From Candidatus Hydrogenedentota bacterium (lineage in GTDB: Bacteria > Hydrogenedentota > Hydrogenedentia > Hydrogenedentales > SLHB01), in assembly GCA_045863295.1 (NCBI GenBank), contig BTWA01000043.1, positions 1 through 52,734 of the forward strand: a DNA stretch of 52,734 nt, given 5' to 3'. The position numbers and the translations under genes were made by a program. Each line of letters begins with the position of its first letter. The stretch's first letter is position 1. Positions 18,632 through 28,418 of the stretch are shown here, piece after piece. The notes under the pieces are model-generated. The model saw only the letters and a list, made by a program, of their open reading frames with translations. It was not told where the DNA came from and searched no databases.

Positions 18632-19732
18632 CTACTTGGTCACCGCCAACCCATGCTCCCTGGCGGTCATTTTACGTTCCTGCCAGTACGTCGATTCGCG
18701 AAACTCAAATTTCGTCGGACGGTAATCGCCAACCAGCGCCACCTGGGTTCCCTCGGCCGGTATGGACTCTTCCAAACCCACTGCCCAGTAGACCGCGTTT
18801 ACCATCAGTCTCCGGACCCCCTCCGACAAAAAGTCGGTGGAAGACCCAATGGTCGTGGTAAACGCTTTGCCCGGCGCTCCTCCTGGAATCTGATAAGGCT
18901 TGGTCCAGGCAATAGGCATCATGGGATTGTTCTTTTCTCCGGCAACCGGTTTGCCTGTTTCCGGCCTCATACCGTAGTGCAGGTCATTTTCATCGAACAC
19001 ATCACCATGTTCGGTAACTTGACCCAATACGAGCGGCTCGCTGCCATCCGGCAAAGGCAAGCGCACACCATAGACGTCAGTCGCCCCCCAAATGGACCCT
19101 TCCTTTAGCCCGCGCACAATCGGATGCGACTCCGCGCCGGGATCCGTAATGCCCAGCGTGCTTTCGTACTTGTGCTTGCCATGGTGGCTGATCCACTTTT
19201 CACCGAGAACAAGCCGTCCGAAGCCGTCCTTCCACTCCTGTGGATCGCCCTCAAACCCATTGCTGTAGTGATACCAGTTGGAAGAAGGATCGGCATTAAA
19301 CGCATGAGTCGCCGTGCGAATACCGATTACGGGCTTGCCGGCTTTAAGGTATCGCTCGATAGGTTCCATTTGCTCGTCGGGCAAGTCCCGGAATCGCGTA
19401 AACAACACCAGCAGGTCCGCTGCGTCAAGGGCGTCCAGACCGGGAATATTTACATTGAAGTTGGGGTCGATGTACCCGTCGGGATGCGTTGCAAACAGCA
19501 CCGTGCAGTGGAAACCGTGGTGCACCGCCAGAATCTTGCCCAGTTGAGGAAGCACTTCCTCGGATCGATACTCCTCATCGCCGGAAACGAGTACAATCCG
19601 CTTGCCCTTTCCGGGTACATCGCCGCCATCGTAGGTCACCCACAAGTCCTCCGCTGGTGCGCAAAGCGACATGCCCCCCAGTACGAGAAACAATAACCAC
19701 GGATATCTGGCCAATCTTCGCAATACACACAT
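18632..19732 (-). CDS. secreted ThuA-like (class I glutamine amidotransferase fold) protein
   Basis: IVLVSGDEEYRSEE, ADLLVLFTRFR.LP, GIRTATHAF, PIAWT and F.TT.G. Signal peptide and AAGGAG RBS. Confidence 0.8.
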   Translation of the reverse strand: MCVLRRLARYPWLLFLVLGGMSLCAPAEDLWVTYDGGDVPGKGKRIVLVSGDEEYRSEEVLPQLGKILAVHHGFHCTVLFATHPDGYIDPNFNVNIPGLDALDAADLLVLFTRFRDLPDEQMEPIERYLKAGKPVIGIRTATHAFNADPSSNWYHYSNGFEGDPQEWKDGFGRLVLGEKWISHHGKHKYESTLGITDPGAESHPIVRGLKEGSIWGATDVYGVRLPLPDGSEPLVLGQVTEHGDVFDENDLHYGMRPETGKPVAGEKNNPMMPIAWTKPYQIPGGAPGKAFTTTIGSSTDFLSEGVRRLMVNAVYWAVGLEESIPAEGTQVALVGDYRPTKFEFRESTYWQERKMTAREHGLAVTK

Positions 19733-19919
19733 TCCGTGCCACCCTCCTTGTACATAACCTTGCCTGAAATCGCGTTTGCCGTTGCCCTGCCGGAAAAAGT
19801 ATATCGAATTTGCCGAAATCAATCGTTTGTCAGAGACCGCCCCCAAGGACTACACTATCGGTATCTGGGCCGAACGAATGGGAAAGGCCTCGCATCCCTG
19901 TGGAAAGGACTCGATTACC

Positions 19920-21293
19920 GTGAACAAGACGCCGTCAATCAAATCCGCCGCCAAACCCGTTTCGCGGCGCACATTTCTACGCAACTCGGCGATGGCTGCG
20001 GGGGCAATCATCGGTGCGCCGGCCATCGTGCGTGGTCAAAATCTGAATAACTTGCTCAATATTGCCATCATTGGTTGCGGCGGACGGGGCGGTGGAAATC
20101 TTCAGGCCGTACGCGGAGAAAACATCGTCGCGCTCGTGGATGTGAACCAGAACAACATAGACCGAGCGAAAGAACAGTTTCCCAATGCGCGTACGCTGAC
20201 CGATTTCCGCAAGCTGTACGACCACACCGGCGAGTTTGACGCCGTGGTGGTAAGCACGTGTGAGCACACCCATTGCTTCGCAACCTTGCCAGCGCTGCAA
20301 CTCGGCAAGCACGTCTACTGCGAAAAGCCCCTTACACACAATATTTGGGAAGCCCGCATCATCCGGGAAGCCGCTAACAAAGCGAAGGTCGCAACCCAGA
20401 TGGGAACCCAAATTCATGCGGAAACCAACTACCGACGGGTCGTTGAGTTGATTCAGACCGGCGCTATCGGAAACGTCTCGGAAGTGCACGTGTTCGTATC
20501 GCGTGCATGGGGATGGCACGCCACACAAGAGGAAGCAACCGCCGCGAAAGACATCGTATTCGTGCAGGATCGTCCGAAAGAAGAGCACCCCATCCCCGCG
20601 GGGTTGGACTGGGAACTGTGGCTCGGACCGGCTCCGTATCGCCCATTTAACGAAGTCTACTTCCCGGGGCCCAAATGGTACCGCTGGTGGGATTTCGGCA
20701 ACGGCACTATGTCAGACTTGGGAAGCCATTGGATTGATCTCCCCTTCTGGGCTCTAAAGCTGCAACACCCTCTGACCGTCGAAGCAAGCGGGCCGCCCCC
20801 GCACCCGGAAATTGCGCCGGCATCCATGCAAGTCACCTATGAATACGGTGCGCGTGGCGATTTGCCGCCCCTCAAATTGACTTGGTACCAGGGAACCAAC
20901 AAACCAGAAATTCTGAAGAACGGCGGACTGCCACCAAACTGGAATGACGGCGTGTTGTTTGTGGGCGACAAGGGAATGGTTCTCTCGGACTATGGTCGTC
21001 ACGTACTGTTGCCGGAAGCGTCTTTCACAGGATTTGTGCCTCCGGAACCGTTCATTCCCGATTCGATTGGCCATCACAAGGAATGGATCCAGGCCTGTAA
21101 GACCGGCGAAACCACCACATGCAACTTTGAGTACGCGGGCTGGTTGACGGAAGCGAATCATCTCGGAAACGTCGCCTACAGAGTAGGCAAAAAGCTGGAA
21201 TGGGATCCGGTTTCCCTGAAGGCAGTCAATGCGCCCGAAGCGGATCAATTCATAAAGCGCACCTATCGCGAACCGTTCGTGTTCCACGCATAG
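19920..21293 (+). CDS. Tat-exported Gfo/Idh/MocA oxidoreductase
   Basis: [39 protein letters not shown] and DLGSH. AAAGGA RBS before GTG 19920. Confidence 0.9.
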   Translation: MNKTPSIKSAAKPVSRRTFLRNSAMAAGAIIGAPAIVRGQNLNNLLNIAIIGCGGRGGGNLQAVRGENIVALVDVNQNNIDRAKEQFPNARTLTDFRKLYDHTGEFDAVVVSTCEHTHCFATLPALQLGKHVYCEKPLTHNIWEARIIREAANKAKVATQMGTQIHAETNYRRVVELIQTGAIGNVSEVHVFVSRAWGWHATQEEATAAKDIVFVQDRPKEEHPIPAGLDWELWLGPAPYRPFNEVYFPGPKWYRWWDFGNGTMSDLGSHWIDLPFWALKLQHPLTVEASGPPPHPEIAPASMQVTYEYGARGDLPPLKLTWYQGTNKPEILKNGGLPPNWNDGVLFVGDKGMVLSDYGRHVLLPEASFTGFVPPEPFIPDSIGHHKEWIQACKTGETTTCNFEYAGWLTEANHLGNVAYRVGKKLEWDPVSLKAVNAPEADQFIKRTYREPFVFHA

Positions 21294-21319
21294 AAACGTT
21301 GTAAACGGGAGCACATCGA

Positions 21320-22504
21320 GTGACAGGCGCCCCGCGATCGCGGGTGTTTTGGCTGTGTTGTGGAGCCACCATGTGTGTGGCCATCGCAACGAATTTGCCG
21401 CCAATTCTACTTACGACATTTAGCGAAGCATTCGGAGGTGCGCCGGGGCTGTCCGACGAACAGCTCGGGCGCATCTCCGCCTTTGTCTTTATCGGATTCG
21501 TCGTGGGTATCGCATTCGCAAGTCCATTGGCCGACAAACTCGGTGCAAAGCTCTTCGTCGTGCTCGGTCTGCTCCTGGTATGCGGTGGGCTGCTTGCGCT
21601 GGCGGCCTCGGTGAACTATGCACTTTTGCTTGCCGCCGTGCTCGTCCTGGGTACCGGCGCGGGAACATTGGAAGTCGTATTGAGTCCTATCGTCGCTTCT
21701 CTGGAACCACATCGCCGGACAGCCGCACTGAACTGGATGCATTCGTTCTATTGCGTAGGTGCTATGTGCACCGTCACTATCGGTTCCGCCGCCCTCCATA
21801 TCGGCACACCATGGCGGCTGCTTACCGTCGGTATCGTAACGGTGCCCCTGACAATACTAGTCGGCATGGCCGGAGCGGGCCGATTGAATTTGGTGCACGA
21901 CGATCACAAGGATGCGCCCCCTTCCGCGACAATTACGAAGCCAATCTTCTTGGTCATGCTCGCGCTGATTGGACTGGGCGGCGCTACTGAAATCGGCATG
22001 GCCCAGTGGCTCCCGGCATACGCCGAAACCATCCTGGGATTCTCAAAAGCAACCGGGGGCCTTGCACTGGCCGGGTTCTCACTGGCCATGCTCGTCGGGC
22101 GCGTTATCGCCGGCACTGCCGTGACCAGGAACAATGCCATTCACGTCATGCTCGTGTGCTGTGCGGCATCTGCTGCAGCGGTACTCCTCGGCTGCCTGCT
22201 GAACAACCCGGCCGGGGCGCTCTTCTTCTGCATCGCCCTCGGCTTGCCCGTGTGTTGCTTCTGGCCAACGACTCTTGGCGTCGCCTCCGACCGCTTCCCA
22301 GCCGGAGGCGCATTCATGTTCGGACTGCTCGCGGCGTTCGGAAATGCGGGATGCATGGTCATGCCCTGGATAGTCGGATGGCGAGCCGATCAAACGGACC
22401 TCCGCCAGGGTCTGCTGCTCGTCGCGGTATGCCCAATCGCTATGCTGCTGCTGCTGACGGGTCTTGCATTTCGCTCACGAATCCAACATCCCGCAGCCAG
22501 GTAA
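21320..22504 (+). CDS. MFS transporter (FucP-like sugar permease)
   Basis: About 12 hydrophobic segments, with LADKLGAK, LNWMHSFY.VG, E.G..QW.P.Y and GR.IAG. Confidence 0.85.
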   Translation: MTGAPRSRVFWLCCGATMCVAIATNLPPILLTTFSEAFGGAPGLSDEQLGRISAFVFIGFVVGIAFASPLADKLGAKLFVVLGLLLVCGGLLALAASVNYALLLAAVLVLGTGAGTLEVVLSPIVASLEPHRRTAALNWMHSFYCVGAMCTVTIGSAALHIGTPWRLLTVGIVTVPLTILVGMAGAGRLNLVHDDHKDAPPSATITKPIFLVMLALIGLGGATEIGMAQWLPAYAETILGFSKATGGLALAGFSLAMLVGRVIAGTAVTRNNAIHVMLVCCAASAAAVLLGCLLNNPAGALFFCIALGLPVCCFWPTTLGVASDRFPAGGAFMFGLLAAFGNAGCMVMPWIVGWRADQTDLRQGLLLVAVCPIAMLLLLTGLAFRSRIQHPAAR

Positions 22505-23404
22505 CTATGGCTTCGCATCGCCAAGTACCCGCCTGAAAAATGCTCGAATATCAGACAACACCGGCTCTGTCCGGGCCATGTCGGATCCGTGATTTGATCC
22601 GTCAAGCAACAACAATTCCGCGGGAGCCCCTGCCTTGATGAGCGCATCGGCCAAACGAATCGACTGATCGGCATCGATACTCTGATCGTCCTTGCAGTGG
22701 ATAAGCAACATCGGAGGCAATTCCTTGCACACGTAGGTCACCGGCGAGGCCTTCCGCGCCAATTCCATGTTATCCGCCGCCATCACGCCCAGAAAATTGC
22801 CCACCATCTGTGCCCTATCCTCCGGCTTGGAGGCGCAAACGGACACCTGCAAATCGGTAGGCCCGCTCACCGAAACGGCGGCCTGCACCGCACTCGACTG
22901 GTCCCCATGCGGCCCGTCGCCATCAAATTCATGAAGGTCGCCAGTGACGCCAATCATGGCAGCCAGATGTCCGCCCGCGGACCCACCCACCACACCAATT
23001 CGGTTTTTGTCCACACCATACGTATCCGCATGGGCTCGCAACCATCGTATCGCCTGTTTGCAGTCAGAGACCGCGGCCGGGAATTTGGCCTCTCCGGACA
23101 AACGATAATTCATCGAAACGGCAACAAATCCATCCGATGCGAAGCCATCAAGCATATCCATCATCATATCCGGATCGTCGCCTTTGTCGCCACCACCCCA
23201 TCCCCCCCCGTGAACATAAATTACCGCCGGAACACGCTTCTCTTTGCTCGAAAAATACACCATATCCAGCCGCTGCTTTTCGGATTCACTGCCATAAGGC
23301 ACATCGCGGATAAACTCGGTACCGGGTGTTCTCGGAATCGTATCTTGAGCCAGTACACATGACCCGGCTAGGAATACGGCAGTCACGACGGCGCGAACCA
23401 ACAT
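22505..23404 (-). CDS. secreted alpha/beta hydrolase (HSL-like carboxylesterase)
   Basis: HGGGW oxyanion motif, NYRLS, GGSAGG nucleophile elbow, and C-terminal Asp (D.SI) and His (NHG). Confidence 0.9.
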   Translation of the reverse strand: MLVRAVVTAVFLAGSCVLAQDTIPRTPGTEFIRDVPYGSESEKQRLDMVYFSSKEKRVPAVIYVHGGGWGGGDKGDDPDMMMDMLDGFASDGFVAVSMNYRLSGEAKFPAAVSDCKQAIRWLRAHADTYGVDKNRIGVVGGSAGGHLAAMIGVTGDLHEFDGDGPHGDQSSAVQAAVSVSGPTDLQVSVCASKPEDRAQMVGNFLGVMAADNMELARKASPVTYVCKELPPMLLIHCKDDQSIDADQSIRLADALIKAGAPAELLLLDGSNHGSDMARTEPVLSDIRAFFRRVLGDAKP

Positions 23405-23407
23405 GGG

Positions 23408-25402
23408 CTACTCCTGTCTTTTCCAGATACAACGGTAATTGAAACGGCGATTTGGCGCACTGTCGCCATTCACACAAAGTGAAATCGGATCCAACAAATC
23501 TGACGGATTGTCACACCAGTGAAAATCAAATTGAAACGATTCTGGACCCAGTCCCAGAACTGCCCGCGGCACAGCCATCTCGAGTTGGTTGCCCGTATAT
23601 CGGTAACTTAAATCAGTTTCTCTAACCCAGCCGGATACGTATTTGTCGTATCGCATCAGCGTCGTACTCGTATCGTCCGCAATATCCTTGTTGATCAGAT
23701 AGTCGTAACCGTGCCAGCCGGTGTCGTGCGACTGATCACTATCGATGAACAGCAACATCCAATGGCCGCCAGTATGGGGGGTCAATACCTGATCCGTTTC
23801 CGCAAGAAAGTACACATACTCCGCGTCCACGGCGACTTTGCTCACGACAATGTCGTTGCGCCCCGAATCGTTGGTGTAGCGCAACCGCCCATACCCGGGA
23901 TAATCGCGGTGAAACGTATCCCCCTTGGTATCGCGGTATTCAACTCCAACATCGACCCAATCACCGAATACGCCATCAATTTGAATCGCCGTATGCCCGG
24001 TCAACACGGGTATCGGCCGGACTCCCTTATAGCGGCGAATGTTTTGCGCCATTTGCATGTAATAATTGTCCGTATACCCGCCCTTCATGGGGTGAATGCA
24101 TCGATTAAATTCGGCGTTATACTGATCGATGAACCGGTAAGTCGCGTCACGCCGCATGAAGTCAAATGTCTTGCCTTCCGCCGGGTGGTACTTGCCCGCC
24201 GTCCACTCATTCCAGTCGTTGATATACAAAAACTGGGGATCGGCTGCGATCGCTTCGTCCCACCGCTCTTGAAAATAAATGCCGTACCCCTCGGGGTTCT
24301 CCACCGTTTTCCCCAGCCACGGAACATGCGTAGGCAAAGGCAAGTCGAATTCATTTAATTCCGGTTCGCCATGTGCGCGGGTCCACGATTTCCCCACAAG
24401 ACTGGAAGGATGCTGCGCCGGAGTAACAGCCGCCTGCTCTTTCACGCCCGCGTGTCTGGACAACAATTCGTGAACAGGCAATTCCCGAACGCGCGCATCC
24501 CCCAGGTCGTAGCCAAAACTCCAATTGTCTTCCGTCCCAATAAAGCGCTGCCCTGCCCACATGTAGTAACCCCACCACATCGTGCGCAGCGTAAAGAACG
24601 ACTTCACGGCCTTCGTGTAATCCAGATAAAACGGCTCCGTATACTCCGGATCGCCAAAGTGAGGATGGCTGGAATCGGTCTTGGCCGCTTCGTCAAAATG
24701 CGGATTCGGATGCTGAATTCCTTCGCCATTCGCATCGACGCTGGGCGTACCGTTATACAAAAGCAACGGTTTCCCGTCCCAGTAAAACCACAAATCCTTG
24801 TACTTTTCCGCTGCGTAAATCCGTTCGTATAAGTCTTGCACCACGGTAATCACTGGACCGTTAAACGCCCAGAAACAAAACTGAGGCACTTTGTTGCCCT
24901 CGGCCCTCATCTTCTCCATGGTGCTGAATACAACATCCCACTCGTCCCAATAGCGGACGGCATTGGTGACATCCATCACAAGTACGTCCACCCCGGCGTC
25001 CGCCAGCATGGACATGTCCTTCCGCACCACGTACTCATCCTTGCTGAGAAAGTACCCAACCTCGGGTTCGCCCCAGTGATACGATCCCTCCGTCCATAGC
25101 GGATGCTTGGCATCAAGCCGCGCCTTGGGATCGGCCGCCAATACCTTGCTTACGTCTGCACCATAGGGGCTCTTCATTTTCGCAAGGCCGTCGCTGTGCC
25201 ACGTGATATAAAAGATGCCCACCACGCGCCTCTGGCCCTCCTTGACCGAACCCACATCAGCAAATCCCGGCATGGTCCTGCCCAACGCATCCGTTGCCAC
25301 CCACGTGTCGGAAAGAAGGTCCCCTACCGGTACCTCGTCCGCGTAGGCGAACAAGACGCCGATAAAGCTCGTCAACAGTGAAGCGATCAGGTTTCTTAGC
25401 AT
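23408..25402 (-). CDS. secreted glycoside-hydrolase-like protein (GH71/GH99-like barrel)
   Basis: Signal peptide, DTWVATDALGRT, VGIFY.TWH, HWGEPE.GY, WNEW.AG and FIDQY. Paralog of 760-2565. Confidence 0.8.
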   Translation of the reverse strand: MLRNLIASLLTSFIGVLFAYADEVPVGDLLSDTWVATDALGRTMPGFADVGSVKEGQRRVVGIFYITWHSDGLAKMKSPYGADVSKVLAADPKARLDAKHPLWTEGSYHWGEPEVGYFLSKDEYVVRKDMSMLADAGVDVLVMDVTNAVRYWDEWDVVFSTMEKMRAEGNKVPQFCFWAFNGPVITVVQDLYERIYAAEKYKDLWFYWDGKPLLLYNGTPSVDANGEGIQHPNPHFDEAAKTDSSHPHFGDPEYTEPFYLDYTKAVKSFFTLRTMWWGYYMWAGQRFIGTEDNWSFGYDLGDARVRELPVHELLSRHAGVKEQAAVTPAQHPSSLVGKSWTRAHGEPELNEFDLPLPTHVPWLGKTVENPEGYGIYFQERWDEAIAADPQFLYINDWNEWTAGKYHPAEGKTFDFMRRDATYRFIDQYNAEFNRCIHPMKGGYTDNYYMQMAQNIRRYKGVRPIPVLTGHTAIQIDGVFGDWVDVGVEYRDTKGDTFHRDYPGYGRLRYTNDSGRNDIVVSKVAVDAEYVYFLAETDQVLTPHTGGHWMLLFIDSDQSHDTGWHGYDYLINKDIADDTSTTLMRYDKYVSGWVRETDLSYRYTGNQLEMAVPRAVLGLGPESFQFDFHWCDNPSDLLDPISLCVNGDSAPNRRFNYRCIWKRQE

Positions 25403-25483
25403 GATTGGCTCCCAATCTTCTTGCACTTGCTGTTTCCCCGAGCACCGAATACACTCTACTCCAATCGCACGGAGTAGCCAAAC

Positions 25484-26581
25484 ATGCCAGCGCTTTTCCT
25501 ATCCATACTGTGTATCGTAACGCTGACCGGAGCATCCCATGCGGACATCGTTTATCCTGGTCAGACATGGGAAAGGCGCTCCCCCGAACAGGCCGGATTG
25601 CATATCGATCAATTGGACTCCTTTGCAGAGTTCATGGCGGGCCGGGGATGCGTCATCCGCGACGGCTATCTGATCTATGAATGGGGTGACGCCGCGAAAC
25701 GGGGCGACGTGGCATCCGCGGTAAAACCGTGGAACACTCACTTCCTTCTACTCGCCGTAGATCAGGGCAATCTGTCAAGTCTCGACGCGAAACTGGCCGA
25801 CTATATACCCTGCCTCAGTTCCATCAACGCGGCACTCGGCTTCAAGGACCGCGAAATCACATTCCGGCATGCAGCCAACCAAACGTCGTGTTACGGAGTG
25901 ACAGAAAGTCCCGGAACAGCCTTCGATTATAACGATTGGCAGATGGCCCTCTTCTTCGACGCACTGTATCTCGGTGTGTACGAAACAAGCCATCAGACCG
26001 TGGACGAAACCGTGCTTCACCCTCTACTGACGGACGTGCTCGAGTGTGAAGACAATCCCACACTGCTGGCATTCGGCGCGGATCATCACGCAGGGCGGCT
26101 TGCCATCTCTCCCCGTGACTTCGCGCGATTCGGATGGTTTTATCTAAACATGGGCCGTTGGCACGAAAAGCAACTGATTTCTGCGGAACTGATTCAAATG
26201 GCTGTAACCTCCCCACTGCCCGCCACATTGCCGCGAACGAAAGGAATTGTCGCGGAAATGTGCCCGGATGCCCGCAGCATCGGCTCAGAGAAAATCCCCA
26301 ACAATCAAACCGACCATTTCGGCAGTTACAGTTGGTTGTGGTGGATAAACGGCATCGACAAAAACGGAAAACGCCGATGGCCAGACGTCGATTCCAACGT
26401 CTACGCCGCACTTGGACACCGCCACGGCATGCGCGGTATGGCTGTCTTTCCATCCCAAAGAATTGTGGTATCGTGGAACGACTCAAAAATCGGCGAGTTG
26501 CCCAAAGAAGCAAACCCCTTGAACGACGCCTTCCGGCTCATCGAGGCCAGCACAAAATCGGATGAGGGCACTATAAAATGA
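25484..26581 (+). CDS. serine hydrolase, beta-lactamase/class C-like family
   Basis: SxxK (SAVK), PG..FDYND, ISPRD.ARFG, Y.WLWW.N and ALGH. Signal peptide. Confidence 0.85.
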   Translation: MPALFLSILCIVTLTGASHADIVYPGQTWERRSPEQAGLHIDQLDSFAEFMAGRGCVIRDGYLIYEWGDAAKRGDVASAVKPWNTHFLLLAVDQGNLSSLDAKLADYIPCLSSINAALGFKDREITFRHAANQTSCYGVTESPGTAFDYNDWQMALFFDALYLGVYETSHQTVDETVLHPLLTDVLECEDNPTLLAFGADHHAGRLAISPRDFARFGWFYLNMGRWHEKQLISAELIQMAVTSPLPATLPRTKGIVAEMCPDARSIGSEKIPNNQTDHFGSYSWLWWINGIDKNGKRRWPDVDSNVYAALGHRHGMRGMAVFPSQRIVVSWNDSKIGELPKEANPLNDAFRLIEASTKSDEGTIK

Positions 26582-26973
26582 CACCTATTCGAAAACGTCC
26601 AATCCCGGGCAACCAGGCCGATTTCATTTCAAGTATCCAGCGGGAACGCGCCATGCGCGGACAAGGATACAGGGAACAGGCACTCAGACTTTTTCCGCAC
26701 GTCTGTGCACGGTGCGGACGCGAGTTCTCAGGAAAGACATTAAGAGAACTGACGGTCCATCACAAAGACCACAATCATTTGAATAACCCCCCGGACGGTA
26801 GCAATTGGGAGTTGCTCTGCCTCTACTGCCACGACTATGAACACGAGGGAATGCCCGAAGGCGCCGGAGGCGCAAATACCATGGCGCGGCACGCGGAACC
26901 GGAACTGCGTTCGAATCCTTTCGCCACACTGAAAAACTTGCTGAACAAAGGTGAAAATACGAAATCAGATTGA
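26578..26973 (+). CDS. yajD: YajD-family HNH endonuclease
   Basis: YREQAL..FP.VC.RCGREF, LTVHHKDHNH.NNP.DGSNWELLCLYCHD.EH. ATGA overlap with the upstream gene. Confidence 0.88.
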   Translation: MTPIRKRPIPGNQADFISSIQRERAMRGQGYREQALRLFPHVCARCGREFSGKTLRELTVHHKDHNHLNNPPDGSNWELLCLYCHDYEHEGMPEGAGGANTMARHAEPELRSNPFATLKNLLNKGENTKSD

Positions 26974-28401
26974 CTACGTCAAAACCGCCTTCACGACGTT
27001 GCCGTGCACATCCGTCAACCTGAAATCCCGCCCTTGAAACCGGTAGGTGAGTTTCTTGTGATCGATTCCGAGAACGTGCAGCATCGTTGCATGAAGATCG
27101 TGCACATGCACTACATTCTCCACGGCGTTATATCCAAGGTCGTCAGTATTTCCGTATGACATCCCGGGCTTGATACCCCCGCCCGCCATCCACATCGAGA
27201 ACCCCTTGATATGATGATCCCGGCCGTCGCCCTGGGCCATGGGGGTCCGTCCAAATTCCCCGCCCCAGATTACCAACGTGTCGTCCAACATGCCACGCTG
27301 CTTCAAGTCGCTCACCAACGCGGCCGTGGCCCGATCCACCATCCCCGCGGTTGTGGCAACGCCTTGCTTCACCCCTCCATGATGATCCCAACCTCGATGA
27401 TACAACTGAATAAACCGGACGCCACGCTCCGCGAGCCGCCGGGCCAACAAGCAGTTCGCGGCAAACGACCCGTCCGCCCCCTGAGTCCCGTACATGTCGA
27501 GTATGTGTTGAGGTTCCTGCGTAAGGTCTGTCAATTCCGGCACACTGGCCTGCATCTGAAATGCAAGTTCATACTGACTGATGCGAGTAGCTATCTCCGG
27601 ATCATCCACCGAATCCTGACGAATCTCGTTGAGCTGTTGCACCGATTTCACAACATCCGCCTGCAATTCCTGCGTATACCCTTTGGGCGTGTTGATATAG
27701 TGGACCGGATCGCCCTTTGAGAAAAACTGAACCCCCTGAAACCGGCTCGGCAGAAATCCACTGTGCCACTGTCGCGCAGCGATTGGCTGATCTTGTCCAC
27801 CGCCGGATGAAACGAGCACCACAAACCCCGGAAGGTTGTAGGCATCGCTTCCCAGACCATAGAGCACCCACGAACCCATGCTCGGCCGCCCGGATATCGA
27901 GGTCCCCGTGTTCATAAATGTGTGGGCGGGATCATGATTGATCTGCTCGGTCTTCATCGACCGAATGATACAAATCTCGTCCGCGATGCTGCCGATATAA
28001 GGTAGTATCGTCGAAATATGCTGACCCGACTTTCCATAACGCTGAAACTCATACTGCGGGGCAAGACAACGCAACTGTTGCCCCTGCAACTGCGCTATCG
28101 GCTGGCCCTTGGTAAAGGACTCAGGCATCGGTTGTCCGTCAAGTTTCCCCAACTCGGGCTTGTAGTCAAACGTCTCAAGATGGGAAGGACCGCCTGCCAT
28201 ACATAGATGGATGATCCGTTTCGCCCGGGGCGCCCAGTGCGTGGGATTCACCACTCCCGGCCAAGGCGTACCCGCGATGTTCTCGCCATGCGCACCTACC
28301 CCAAGTAACGATGCAAGAGCCAGCGTGCCCGCGCCAGTCGCCGCACGGCCCAAGAATTGTCGCCGCGTTTCTCGCAATTGAAATTCGTCAAATGGATGCA
28401 T
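26974..28401 (-). CDS. DUF1501 (alkaline phosphatase/sulfatase-like) protein, Tat-exported
   Basis: TRRQFLG, GGPSHLETFDYKP, LLARRL.ERGVRF.Q, GWDHH, WGGEFGRTP and RLTDV.G. An alternative ATG at 28419 overlaps the upstream stop. Confidence 0.9.
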   Translation of the reverse strand: MHPFDEFQLRETRRQFLGRAATGAGTLALASLLGVGAHGENIAGTPWPGVVNPTHWAPRAKRIIHLCMAGGPSHLETFDYKPELGKLDGQPMPESFTKGQPIAQLQGQQLRCLAPQYEFQRYGKSGQHISTILPYIGSIADEICIIRSMKTEQINHDPAHTFMNTGTSISGRPSMGSWVLYGLGSDAYNLPGFVVLVSSGGGQDQPIAARQWHSGFLPSRFQGVQFFSKGDPVHYINTPKGYTQELQADVVKSVQQLNEIRQDSVDDPEIATRISQYELAFQMQASVPELTDLTQEPQHILDMYGTQGADGSFAANCLLARRLAERGVRFIQLYHRGWDHHGGVKQGVATTAGMVDRATAALVSDLKQRGMLDDTLVIWGGEFGRTPMAQGDGRDHHIKGFSMWMAGGGIKPGMSYGNTDDLGYNAVENVVHVHDLHATMLHVLGIDHKKLTYRFQGRDFRLTDVHGNVVKAVLT

Positions 28402-28418
28402 AATGCCTTGTTCCCGCA

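Noticed and set aside
26578..26973. HNH nuclease as a defence or mobile-element marker
   Set aside because: It matches the common chromosomal YajD type, with no methylase, Cas, integrase or repeats nearby.
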